A DNA stretch of 64,000 bases from Desulfuromonas sp. SDB. Lineage in GTDB: Bacteria > SDB-A. The notes below the pieces were generated by a model. That model ran no database searches. It was not told the DNA's origin and worked only from the letters and a program-made list of their open reading frames with translations. Where the stretch lies: the NCBI GenBank assembly GCA_001412365.1, contig LKUE01000319.1, forward strand, positions 2,264 to 66,263, in the 5' to 3' direction. Below are positions 10,895 to 20,019 of this stretch, piece after piece; within the stretch, counting starts at the first letter, position 1, and each line of letters begins with the position of its first letter. Both the position numbers and the translations under genes were made by a program.

Positions 10895-12130
10895 ATGAAA
10901 ACTCATATCATCAATATTGGCGATGAACTCACTTCGGGCAGAATTGCCAATTCCAATGCACAGGTAATTTCCCGCGAACTTTTCAAGCTAGGTATGAATA
11001 TTGAAATGATTATCACTATTCCTGATGATAATCAAACTGTGATAAATCAACTTGCTTACTCCACCTCTAATGCCGATTTAGTAATAATAACCGGGGGATT
11101 GGGTCCTACTGAAGATGACCGGACTTTGCAGGCGTTAGCTGAATTCTATGAGGTGGAATTGGAATTTCATCCTGAAGTATTTGCCCGTATCCAGGATATT
11201 TTTGCCCAAAGAGAAAAAGTAGCATCTCCAGCCAACCGGAAGCAGGCAATGATCCCTAAAAATTTTGAAATATTGAGCCCTTATTTAGGAACAGCTCCGG
11301 GGTTATGCTTACACCATGAACATTACTCAATGTATGTCTTTCCCGGAGTTCCCCGGGAAATGAGCTTTTTATTGAAAACCCATCTCCTCCCCTGGATTCA
11401 GCGGAATTATGTCTGTTCATCAATGCTGCAAAAAACTTATAGAACCATTAATTTACCTGAGTCGGAATTAGCTCAGAAAGTGGACAATTTAGAGGAAATT
11501 GAAAAATTTGCCAAAATTTCCTTTTTACCTCATTTCCCGGTAAATGATGTGGTGTTGACTGTTTCCGGCGAAAATACCCCTGCTGCTGAAAAGAAATTAC
11601 AGTTGGCGGAAAAGTTGTTGTGGAAGAAGATAGGTCCCTGGGTTTATGGAGAAGGTGATCAAACTCTGGGGGAAGTTGTGGGAAAACTTCTGCTGAAGCA
11701 TAAATTAACTTTAGGAATAGCTGAAAGTTGCACCGGCGGTTTAATTGCAGACCGGTTAACCAATGTAGAAGGCAGCTCAAATTACTTTCGAGGGGGCATA
11801 GTTGCTTATTCTATTCAAGCCAAGCAAAATATGTTGGGTATTGATGAGGATATTATTGAACAACAAGGGGCAGTTAGTCCGGCAATCGCCCAGTTAATGG
11901 CGGAAAAAGCCAGATTAAAATTCCGTGCGGATATTGGATTATCCACTACCGGATTGGTCTCTCTGTATGAGCACAATCCTAAAAAAGGATTGGTTTTCTG
12001 CGGGATTTCTACGGTCAGTTTCAAAAACACCGTCCGGGAGGTCAGCCTGGGAGATAGGAAAAAAAATAAACTTAGATTTTCTCAAGTCGCCCTGGGGATG
12101 TTGTTGGAATTCTTGAAAAATAATATCTAG
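10895..12130 (+). CDS. cinA: competence/damage-inducible protein CinA (MoCF-like domain + PncC-type NMN deamidase domain)
   Basis: N-terminal molybdopterin-binding-like domain; C-terminal CinA motif GIAESCTGGLIA. Confidence 0.85.
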   Translation: MKTHIINIGDELTSGRIANSNAQVISRELFKLGMNIEMIITIPDDNQTVINQLAYSTSNADLVIITGGLGPTEDDRTLQALAEFYEVELEFHPEVFARIQDIFAQREKVASPANRKQAMIPKNFEILSPYLGTAPGLCLHHEHYSMYVFPGVPREMSFLLKTHLLPWIQRNYVCSSMLQKTYRTINLPESELAQKVDNLEEIEKFAKISFLPHFPVNDVVLTVSGENTPAAEKKLQLAEKLLWKKIGPWVYGEGDQTLGEVVGKLLLKHKLTLGIAESCTGGLIADRLTNVEGSSNYFRGGIVAYSIQAKQNMLGIDEDIIEQQGAVSPAIAQLMAEKARLKFRADIGLSTTGLVSLYEHNPKKGLVFCGISTVSFKNTVREVSLGDRKKNKLRFSQVALGMLLEFLKNNI

Positions 12131-12180
12131 AATACACTTGGCAACCATCATACTATAAAATAGTAGTTTAGAATTAATCA

Positions 12181-12489
12181 CACGGAGACACTAAGAACAC
12201 AGAGTTGGGTAAAAATAGAGGATAATGAATAAAAATATATAATAAATGTTGATGTTCTTTGTGGCTTGGTGTGAGAAAAATATCACCCGGAGACACTGTG
12301 GACACAGAGATGAAAGAAATTGAAAAATCAGGGTTGAGGTAATACCGAGGATAATTAATAATGATTTATATATAAATCTTGGAGTACTTTGTGGCTTAGT
12401 GTGAGAAAAATATCAACTAGAGACACTTTGAACACAGTGATGAAAGAAATTAAAAAAATCAGGGTTTAGGTAATATCGAGGATAATCAG
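12181..12489 (+). repeat. About 2.5 tandem copies of a ~130-bp unit that contains the ddl leader, RBS and initiation region
   Basis: Near-identical blocks at 12256-12356 and 12388-12488 share ctttgtggctt[g/a]gtgtgagaaaaatatca..agacact.tg.acacag.gatgaaagaaatt.aaaaatcagggtt.aggtaata.cgaggataat; a degenerate copy lies at 12184-12288. The last copy runs directly into the ddl ATG. Confidence 0.8.
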
Positions 12490-13584
12490 ATGAAAAAAAA
12501 TATTGCTTTATTATTTGGCGGTGTGTCTGCAGAGCATGAGGTCTCCATCGCTTCAACCCGAAATGTTTATCTCTCTCTGGATAAAAATAAATTTAATCCG
12601 TTCTTGATTGGCATTGACTTCAACGGATACTGGTATATTCAATCTGAATCCCAGTTTATGAAAGCAGTTCAAAATAAAAAAATTCAGGATCGTTCCAACC
12701 GCATTGTATTGATACCAACTGCTAAAGGTTGCGGTTTATTCAGTATCACCAGGCGAGATTTTATGGATTATATTAATTGTGTCTTCCCGGTTCTGCATGG
12801 TCCCTATGGTGAAGATGGCTCTATGCAGGGATATTTAAAAATTTTAAATATACCTTTCGTGGGGGCGGGAGTGCTGGCTTCGGCAATGGCGATGGATAAA
12901 GAAGTAACCAAAAGATTATTTCAGCAGGAGGGGATACCCCAGGCTGATTACCTGTGCTTTACTGATAAAAAAAAGTGCATGGATCAGTTTGATTTAGTTA
13001 GAAATAAACTGGGTTTACCTATATTTGTAAAACCTTGTAATTTGGGCTCCTCAGTGGCAGTAAATAAAGTTGAGCACAAAGAGCAATATAAAAATGCAGT
13101 TGAAGAAGCATTCAGTTATGATCGAAAAATTATCCTGGAAAAGTATATTCAGGGCAGGGAAATTGAATGTTCAGTTCTGGGTAATGCTGATCCTCTGACA
13201 TCTGTCCCCGGGGAAGTTATTCCCCAGCATAAGTTTTATTCATATCAGGCTAAATATATTGATGAAAAAGGAGCAAAATTTAATATCCCCGTAAAGCTTG
13301 ATGGTTCGCTTATTGAACATATTCAATCAATGGCGGTTCGGGTTTACATCCTGCTTAACTGTGAAGGAATGGCGAGAATTGATTTTTTTCTAACTCCGGA
13401 CAATCAAGTTCTGGTCAATGAGGTCAATACCATCCCCGGTTTTACCGGAATAAGCATGTATCCAAAATTATGGGAAACTCAGGGCTTGAGCAACCGGGAA
13501 TTGGTTACCAGGTTAATAGAATTGGCGGAGGAGAGATTTAATCGGGAAAATAATTTAAGGCATGATTATGCTAAATTGGTTTAA
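12490..13584 (+). CDS. ddl: D-alanine--D-alanine ligase
   Basis: IALLFGGVSAEHEVSIASTRNV N-terminus and ATP-grasp core. Confidence 0.92.
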   Translation: MKKNIALLFGGVSAEHEVSIASTRNVYLSLDKNKFNPFLIGIDFNGYWYIQSESQFMKAVQNKKIQDRSNRIVLIPTAKGCGLFSITRRDFMDYINCVFPVLHGPYGEDGSMQGYLKILNIPFVGAGVLASAMAMDKEVTKRLFQQEGIPQADYLCFTDKKKCMDQFDLVRNKLGLPIFVKPCNLGSSVAVNKVEHKEQYKNAVEEAFSYDRKIILEKYIQGREIECSVLGNADPLTSVPGEVIPQHKFYSYQAKYIDEKGAKFNIPVKLDGSLIEHIQSMAVRVYILLNCEGMARIDFFLTPDNQVLVNEVNTIPGFTGISMYPKLWETQGLSNRELVTRLIELAEERFNRENNLRHDYAKLV

Positions 13585-13692
13585 TGAATTTGATATTTTA
13601 AAAGTTATATGAGATGATATGCAGACAATATTTGAAGAGAAGCAAAATCTAAAGGGGGATGTTCCATTGTATATAGCTGAGGGATACTTCAG

Positions 13693-14664
13693 ATGATAAT
13701 ACTGACGGGAGGGGCAGGATTTATTGGCAGCTGTATGTTGGCCCGGTTAAATGAGAATGGAGTTACCGATGTTCTGGTGGTAGATAAACTTACTCACTCA
13801 GAAAAATGGAAAAATCTCAATCACAAAATTTTCAGTGACTATGAGGATAAAAATAAATTCATTAAAGCGGTGGAAGAACACAAGGATTTTGGCAAAATTG
13901 AGGGTATCTTGCATCTGGGGGCTTGTTCTTCAACTGTAGAAAAGAATGTAGATTACCTTATTGAAAACAACTACAGATATTCCCAAATTTTAGCTAAGTG
14001 GGCTGTGGAAAAATCAATTCCCTTCATCTATGCCAGCAGCGGGGCGACTTATGGAAATGGCAGTCAAGGTTTCAGTGATGATAAAGAAACCACCCTGCAG
14101 TTAACTCCTTTAAATCCCTATGCTTTTTCCAAACATTTATTTGATTTATGGATAGTGAGGAATAAATTAGATAAAAAGGTGACCGGGTTGAAATTTTTCA
14201 ATGTGTACGGTCCCAATGAATACCACAAAGGAGAGATGGCCAGCGTGGTGTATAAAGCAACTCAGCATGTTTTAATCCATGGTTATATTAACTTGTTCAA
14301 GTCAAATGACCGAAATTTTCCGGATGGCGAACAGAAACGTGATTTTATCTACGTCAAAGACTGCACTAAAATGATGTGGTGGTTTTGGGAGCATCCTCAA
14401 ATAGTTGGACTTTATAATATAGGTACGGGAACTGCCCGAAGTTGGAATGATTTAGTGAATATAATTTTCAGATGCCTGAACATGAAAACTGATATAAGAT
14501 ATATTGATATGCCGGAAAATATAAAATCCTGTTATCAAAATTACACTGAAGCGGATATGAATAAATTTTTTAATACGGACAGTCCTGTGAATTTTCATAC
14601 TTTAGAACAAGGAGTCAAGGATTATCTGTTAAACTATTTGTTAACCGAGAACAAGTATTTGTAA
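13693..14664 (+). CDS. hldD: ADP-L-glycero-D-manno-heptose 6-epimerase
   Basis: MIILTGGAGFIGS...DVLVVDKL matches the HldD/RfaD N-terminus; SDR extended family; 323 aa. Confidence 0.8.
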   Translation: MIILTGGAGFIGSCMLARLNENGVTDVLVVDKLTHSEKWKNLNHKIFSDYEDKNKFIKAVEEHKDFGKIEGILHLGACSSTVEKNVDYLIENNYRYSQILAKWAVEKSIPFIYASSGATYGNGSQGFSDDKETTLQLTPLNPYAFSKHLFDLWIVRNKLDKKVTGLKFFNVYGPNEYHKGEMASVVYKATQHVLIHGYINLFKSNDRNFPDGEQKRDFIYVKDCTKMMWWFWEHPQIVGLYNIGTGTARSWNDLVNIIFRCLNMKTDIRYIDMPENIKSCYQNYTEADMNKFFNTDSPVNFHTLEQGVKDYLLNYLLTENKYL

Positions 14665-14679
14665 ATTAATACCCCCAAC

Positions 14680-14734
14680 ATCCTTCCCTGGGGATAGATT
14701 TTATCTATCCTTTTTCAGGGAAGGATAATTTTTT
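14680..14734 (+). terminator. Rho-independent terminator after hldD (nested stem-loop plus T-run)
   Basis: tccttccctg..ggatagat ttt atctatcc..cagggaagga nested inverted repeats, followed by ttttttg. Confidence 0.6.
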
Positions 14735-14738
14735 GACT

Positions 14739-15482
14739 ATGGAAATTGAACAGGAATTAAATGTAATTGTTAAAGACATTGCCACCGCCAGTTCTTATAT
14801 TGTAGATAAGGGCTGGGGCGAGGCTAATGCCGGGAATTTAAGCTATAATCTTTCCGATCATGGCGAATTTTATGATTATGCCGATTTTGCGGAATACCCC
14901 TTTTGTTTGCCGGTTGTCTTTCCTCATCTGAAGAATTCAATACTTTTAATTACAGTTACTGGATCCAGAATGAAGGAGATTTCAGAAAAACCTTATGATA
15001 ATTTTGGTATTATTAAGATTAATTCAACCGGAGAAAGTTATGCGGTTATCTATTATCGAAATTCTTCCCAGCATTTCAAACCAAGTTCTGAGTTTATTTC
15101 CCATTTGTTGATTCATGATTATTTAATGAAAAATAAATCAGATAAACGGGCGGTATTGCATACTCATCCTGATGAAATTATTGCCTTAACCAACCTGCCG
15201 GATTTCCAGGGGGAGGATAAACTCCGTAAGCATCTGTACAGGGTTTTGCCGGAACTGGAAATTCTCCTGCCCCGGGGAATTGGATATGTGCCCAGCTTAA
15301 ATCCCGGATGTGATGAATTAGGTTATGCAACTGTTCAGGTGATCACAGAAAAAAATGTGGTGATCTGGGAGAGACATGGCGCGGTAGCGGTGGGAAAAGA
15401 TGTAATTAGCTGCTTGGATTTGATTGAAGTGGTTAATAAAGCAGCCCGGATATTACTGTTAACTCAAGGGCGATGTCTTTAA
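14739..15482 (+). CDS. class II aldolase, rhamnulose-1-phosphate aldolase (RhaD)-like
   Basis: Aligns by eye along its length to E. coli RhaD (KGWGEANAGNLSYNL, ITVTGSRMK, AVLHTHPDEIIALT, PGCDELGYATVQ). The ORF-track TTG start at 14733 is probably the ATG at 14739. Confidence 0.65.
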   Translation: MEIEQELNVIVKDIATASSYIVDKGWGEANAGNLSYNLSDHGEFYDYADFAEYPFCLPVVFPHLKNSILLITVTGSRMKEISEKPYDNFGIIKINSTGESYAVIYYRNSSQHFKPSSEFISHLLIHDYLMKNKSDKRAVLHTHPDEIIALTNLPDFQGEDKLRKHLYRVLPELEILLPRGIGYVPSLNPGCDELGYATVQVITEKNVVIWERHGAVAVGKDVISCLDLIEVVNKAARILLLTQGRCL

Positions 15483-15522
15483 TTTAACTTGAGAATTCTT
15501 CGATTAATTATGGATAAAGGAG

Positions 15523-16923
15523 TTGATTATGGAAATTAAGTTAACCAATACAATGTCCCGGGAAAAAGAGGTGTTTCAGCCGATTAAACCAAATAAAGTA
15601 AACATCTACACTTGCGGATTGACTGTATACAACTATGCTCATATTGGTAACTTAAGAGCTTATGTGTTCTCCGATATTTTGCGGAGGATGTTTGAATACA
15701 ATGGATTTAAAGTAAACCATGTAATGAATATAACTGATGTGGGTCATTTAACCGATGACCAGGATAGCGGAGAAGATAAATTGGAAAAAGGGGCGAGAAG
15801 AGAACATAAAACGGTTTGGGAAATTGCCCAGTACTATACGGATGAATTTATAAAAGATCTCAACCAGTTGAATATTATTATTCCTGAGGTTATGCCTAAA
15901 GCTACTGATCATATCTCGGAGATGATTGAATTGATAAAATTGATTGAAAAAAGAGGGTTTACCTATTCAGCAGGAGGTAACTTATATTTTGACACCACCC
16001 AATTGAAGGATTACGGAAAGCTGGCGCGGTTGAAATTAGATGCTGAAAAAACCAGAACCAGAGTGGAAGAAGATACCTACAAGAAAAATCCTTTTGACTT
16101 TGTGCTTTGGTTTACCCGGTATAAATATTCCAGTCATTCCATGTTGTGGGATTCACCTTGGGGAAAGGGTTTCCCCGGCTGGCATGTGGAATGTTCGGCG
16201 ATGTCCTCAAAATATTTAGGAAATCATTTTGACATCCATACCGGAGGTATTGATCATATTCCGGTTCATCACACCAATGAAATTGCCCAAAGTGAAGTGG
16301 CTTTTGGCCACAAATGGGTAAATTACTGGCTGCACAATGATTTTCTGGTAATCGAGGACAATCAGAAAATGGCTAAATCCAAACAAAATTTTTTGAGATT
16401 ACAAACTCTTATTGACCGGGGATTTCATCCTCTGGATTACCGGTATTTTCTGTTAGGAGCTCATTACCGAAAAAATCTGCTGTTCAGTTTTGACAATTTA
16501 CAAGCAGCTAAGAATGCTGTGGAAAAATTGAGAGACTGGGTGATGAGATTGAAAAAAGTTGAAGATGAACCGGATCAAACTGCTTACCGGGAGTATCAGC
16601 AGCAGTTTAACCGGGAAATCAATGATGATTTAAATACACCCCGGGCTCTTTCAGTGTTATGGGAAGTGTTGAACCATGACCAGTTAAGTGGCGGGACGAA
16701 ATTGAGTCTTCTGGAGAATTTTGATCAGGTTCTGGGTTTAAATTTGTCAACCGGGAAAAGTGAAGAATTACCGGAACAGTTAAAATTACTGGTAGGGAAT
16801 AGAGATGAAGCCAGGAATCAAAAAAATTTCAAGTTAGCTGATCAATTGCGAAATGAAATCACCAGACTTGGTTATCAGGTAATTGATTCCCCGGAAGGTA
16901 CTATTGTAAAAAAAATGAAATAA
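15523..16923 (+). CDS. cysS: cysteinyl-tRNA synthetase
   Basis: HIGH-type motif (YNYAHIGNLR), Zn-binding Cys residues, KMAKSKQN (KMSKS). Confidence 0.93.
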   Translation: MIMEIKLTNTMSREKEVFQPIKPNKVNIYTCGLTVYNYAHIGNLRAYVFSDILRRMFEYNGFKVNHVMNITDVGHLTDDQDSGEDKLEKGARREHKTVWEIAQYYTDEFIKDLNQLNIIIPEVMPKATDHISEMIELIKLIEKRGFTYSAGGNLYFDTTQLKDYGKLARLKLDAEKTRTRVEEDTYKKNPFDFVLWFTRYKYSSHSMLWDSPWGKGFPGWHVECSAMSSKYLGNHFDIHTGGIDHIPVHHTNEIAQSEVAFGHKWVNYWLHNDFLVIEDNQKMAKSKQNFLRLQTLIDRGFHPLDYRYFLLGAHYRKNLLFSFDNLQAAKNAVEKLRDWVMRLKKVEDEPDQTAYREYQQQFNREINDDLNTPRALSVLWEVLNHDQLSGGTKLSLLENFDQVLGLNLSTGKSEELPEQLKLLVGNRDEARNQKNFKLADQLRNEITRLGYQVIDSPEGTIVKKMK

Positions 16924-16970
16924 ACTTATCAACCGATAAGTAGTATAGGTAAAAATAACAGGGAGGAAAA

Positions 16971-18701
16971 ATGAACAGGAATACTTGGCTGATAATAATA
17001 ACTCTAGTGATAACCGCGATGGCGGTCAGCTGTTCTTATACCCGGACCACCTATGAAAAAGTTGACGACTGGGAATATGATTCTGAAAAATTTGAAGATA
17101 TGGATTACTTCAATGGAGCAGGAGGAAGTACCCCGGTCCAGTCTGCCCGGATAACCAATGCTCCCATGGTTATGGAGGAATGCTGTGAAGACGGTATAGG
17201 TTTTGCAGTAGGGGGAGCGATGGATATAAACAATTTCAGAGATAACATTGAAAATGATTATCTCCCTTTGCCCACGGACATAACTCCGGAAGGAATATTT
17301 TACGACTATTTCTTTGAAACCGGTCAAACTGAACCTTGTGAGGAATTATTCTGTCCATCCTACAGCACCGCAATTTCCAGAGATCCATTCAGCGGAGAAA
17401 AGGTCTATTATCTCTCGGTGGGTCTTAACTCCGGGCTTAAGGAAAGTGATTTTTCCCGGAAAAAGCTCAATCTGATTATCGTACTGGATATTTCCGGTTC
17501 GATGAGTTCGGGTTTCAACCGTTATTATTACGATCAATTTGGCAATGAAGTGGAAATTGAAGCAAGTGAAGATCTTGACAAAACTAAAATGCAGATTGCC
17601 AATGAAGCAATTGTAGATTTATTAGATCATTTGGATGAAGATGACCGGTTTGGGATGGTTCTTTACGATGACCGGGCATATCTGGCTAAGCCGATGAGAT
17701 TGGTAAAAGCTACCGATATGGAAAGTATTAAACAGCATATATTGGAAATTACCCCCCAGGGCGGAACTAACATGGCCGCAGGAATGGAAATGGGCACGGA
17801 ATTGTATGAAGAATTGTTAAATGTAGATCAAAGTGAATATGAAAACCGAATTATTTTTCTCACCGATGCCATGCCTAATACCGGTGAAACCAGCGAGCAG
17901 GGATTATTTGGAATGATGCAAAATAATGCTGATCAAGGTATTTACACCACCTTCATCGGGATAGGGCTTGATTTCAATACCGAATTAATTGAAGCAATCA
18001 CTAAGATTAAGGGGGCAAACTACTATTCGGTAAGAACACCTCAGGAATTCAAGGAAAGAATGGACGAGGGGTTCGATTTCATGGTCACTCCCCTGGTATT
18101 CAACCTGGAACTGGTTTTACAAGCAGAAGGATATGACATTGAAAAAGTTTACGGTTCCCCGGAAGCAGATGAAGCTACCGGAGAAATTATGAGTGTCAAC
18201 ACCTTATTCCCCTCCAAGAGAGTGGAAGGTGAAACCAGAGGTGGGTTGGTTCTGCTAAAGCTGACTAAAACATCTTCCGATGGGTCAATTGAGATAAGAG
18301 TCAGTTATGAAGACCGGGAAGGAAATGTTGAAGATGTAGTAGATGAAGTGGAATTTTCAGATGCAGATCAGGATTACTACGACAACTCTGGAATCAGAAA
18401 AGGCATTCTGCTTTCCCGTTATGTTGACCTGGTCAAAAACTGGCTGATGGATGAACGATTAAAAAATGAATATATGGAAGATCAGCCATTGGTTACCAGA
18501 GAAGACGGAATTATTGTTCCACCTCCTTTTGACATTGAACTGGGAAGATGGGAAAGACAATCCATGCCCCTCACTGTATCATCCCACTATCAGGAATTAT
18601 TTGAAGACTTTTATGATTATTTCCAGGTGGAAATGGAAGCGTTGGGAGACACCACCTTGCAGCAGGAACTGGATATTTTAAACAAACTGATACGTCTATA
18701 A
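16971..18701 (+). CDS. YfbK-like von Willebrand factor A (vWA) domain lipoprotein
   Basis: Signal peptide with lipobox AVSC; MIDAS motif LIIVLDISGSMSS; ~575 aa with an N-terminal pre-vWA domain and a C-terminal extension, the same length class as E. coli YfbK. Confidence 0.6.
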   Translation: MNRNTWLIIITLVITAMAVSCSYTRTTYEKVDDWEYDSEKFEDMDYFNGAGGSTPVQSARITNAPMVMEECCEDGIGFAVGGAMDINNFRDNIENDYLPLPTDITPEGIFYDYFFETGQTEPCEELFCPSYSTAISRDPFSGEKVYYLSVGLNSGLKESDFSRKKLNLIIVLDISGSMSSGFNRYYYDQFGNEVEIEASEDLDKTKMQIANEAIVDLLDHLDEDDRFGMVLYDDRAYLAKPMRLVKATDMESIKQHILEITPQGGTNMAAGMEMGTELYEELLNVDQSEYENRIIFLTDAMPNTGETSEQGLFGMMQNNADQGIYTTFIGIGLDFNTELIEAITKIKGANYYSVRTPQEFKERMDEGFDFMVTPLVFNLELVLQAEGYDIEKVYGSPEADEATGEIMSVNTLFPSKRVEGETRGGLVLLKLTKTSSDGSIEIRVSYEDREGNVEDVVDEVEFSDADQDYYDNSGIRKGILLSRYVDLVKNWLMDERLKNEYMEDQPLVTREDGIIVPPPFDIELGRWERQSMPLTVSSHYQELFEDFYDYFQVEMEALGDTTLQQELDILNKLIRL

Positions 18702-18723
18702 TTTTAACTGATCCTTTTACCAA

Positions 18724-18757
18724 AAAGCCACCAGTTTAAGGTGGCTTTTTTTTTTGA
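18724..18757 (+). terminator. Rho-independent terminator after the vWA lipoprotein gene
   Basis: aaagccacc agtttaa ggtggcttt perfect stem followed by a run of 10 T. Confidence 0.85.
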
Positions 18758-18804
18758 CCAGGTGTAAATTTAAATTACCGGGAAAAATAAAGCGGCTATA
18801 AATT

Positions 18805-19728
18805 ATGAAGATATTTTTTCTAATTTTTATTCTCCTTATTTTAAATAATGAATTAGAGTCTGATATTTTAGTTCAGCAAATCCCGGATACTTTGTTTCCC
18901 TTGGGAGTATTATGCCAAAAGGATAGTGTTTTCCCGTTTAATTCAGAGGCTTGTGACGATATTTTAATTACCCTGAATGATTGGAGATTGGATTCAGTAA
19001 CTACCTGGTGGTTAACCGGTTCAGGTTTTGTCTCCTGGGCAGAGGTTTCGAATATTAGATTGAAGATCTATCCGGACAGCGGAATCAATCCCCCCATGCC
19101 CAGGGATTCGTCAATCTACCTGACAATAATTGAGAATAGCCAAATATCAGTAATTCCTTTAAGTCAGGATATATGGAGAGTAACCATTGAACTTCCTGAT
19201 TCATACTGTTTAAATTTCAATCAACGATTTTGGGTGACGGTTCAACCTTCTAATATATTCGGTTCCAATGGTAAAACTTTTTGGATTGCAGACACCGGGA
19301 TAGGCAACGGATTCTCTGGGTATTACCGTTGTTCAACATTGGGTTATCCTCAGTGGACTGGAATTAATACTGTTTTTCAGCAGGATTATGAGATGGGAAT
19401 GATCATATGGGGAGAGACAGTTAATCATATTGAGGAATATCTTTTTGATCAACCTCAGCAGAATGAAATCATTTTCACTTATTTAGGATATGAAAAATTG
19501 CAGTTACATTTAGAGTTGTTTTCAGAAGCTGAAGTAAGTTTAGGGGTTTATGATATGGTGGGAAGAATGGTTGGTATGGTTGAATACGGAAGATTGGGCA
19601 GAGGAAATCATATTATTGAATGGAATACAGCGTTTGAGCGGGATCAGAAATTACCCTCGGGAATTTATTTCTACACATTGGCAGTAGAAAAAAATATATT
19701 CACAGGTAAATTTCCTTTGATCAGATAG
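18805..19728 (+). CDS. secreted protein with a T9SS (Por) C-terminal sorting domain; N-terminal domain of unknown function
   Basis: Signal peptide; the C-terminal ~80 aa (LGVYDMVGRMVGMV...GNHIIEWNTAF...LPSGIYFYTLAVEKNIFTGKF) matches the type-A por_Secre_tail consensus. Confidence 0.75.
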   Translation: MKIFFLIFILLILNNELESDILVQQIPDTLFPLGVLCQKDSVFPFNSEACDDILITLNDWRLDSVTTWWLTGSGFVSWAEVSNIRLKIYPDSGINPPMPRDSSIYLTIIENSQISVIPLSQDIWRVTIELPDSYCLNFNQRFWVTVQPSNIFGSNGKTFWIADTGIGNGFSGYYRCSTLGYPQWTGINTVFQQDYEMGMIIWGETVNHIEEYLFDQPQQNEIIFTYLGYEKLQLHLELFSEAEVSLGVYDMVGRMVGMVEYGRLGRGNHIIEWNTAFERDQKLPSGIYFYTLAVEKNIFTGKFPLIR

Positions 19729-19758
19729 ATGTTGAGTTTTTGCAAAGAGATAGCTTGT

Positions 19759-19787
19759 TTGACATAGTGCGCACATTGTGATATTAT
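19759..19787 (+). promoter_or_regulatory. Near-consensus sigma-70 promoter (TTGACA, 17 nt, TATTAT) with a palindromic operator in the spacer
   Basis: ttgaca at 19759-19764; spacer tagtgcgcacattgtga contains the palindromes gtgcgcac and cacattgtg; tattat at 19782-19787; 16 nt upstream of the RHH gene ATG. Confidence 0.55.
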
Positions 19788-19803
19788 TAAATAAAGTTAA
19801 GTT

Positions 19804-20019
19804 ATGAAAGATAAAAAAGATTATAAATTATCCGCTCCAATAAAAAAAACAATTAAACCTGAAACTAAAATGAATATTAGAATTGATCCCCAAGAGCTTA
19901 GATTAATTAAACTGAAAGCGGAACAGGAAGGATTGAAATATCAGACTTTTGTTAAAAGCATTCTGCATAAATATATTACCGGTCAATTGGTGGATAAAGA
20001 AAAGATATTTTTTAGATAG
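19804..20019 (+). CDS. ribbon-helix-helix (CopG/BrnA-like, COG3514-type) antitoxin-like DNA-binding protein, orphan
   Basis: KMNIRIDPQELRLIKLKAEQEGLKYQTFVKSILHKYITGQL follows the BrnA/COG3514 RHH antitoxin pattern (ITIRLxxxxLxxLKxxAxxxGIPYQTLIxSILHKYxxG). Confidence 0.6.
   Translation: MKDKKDYKLSAPIKKTIKPETKMNIRIDPQELRLIKLKAEQEGLKYQTFVKSILHKYITGQLVDKEKIFFR

Noticed and set aside
16924-16970. Short palindrome cttatc-aacc-gataag after cysS as a terminator
   Set aside because: Only a 6-bp stem with no following T-run; it may be a weak structure or a binding site. Not reported as a feature.
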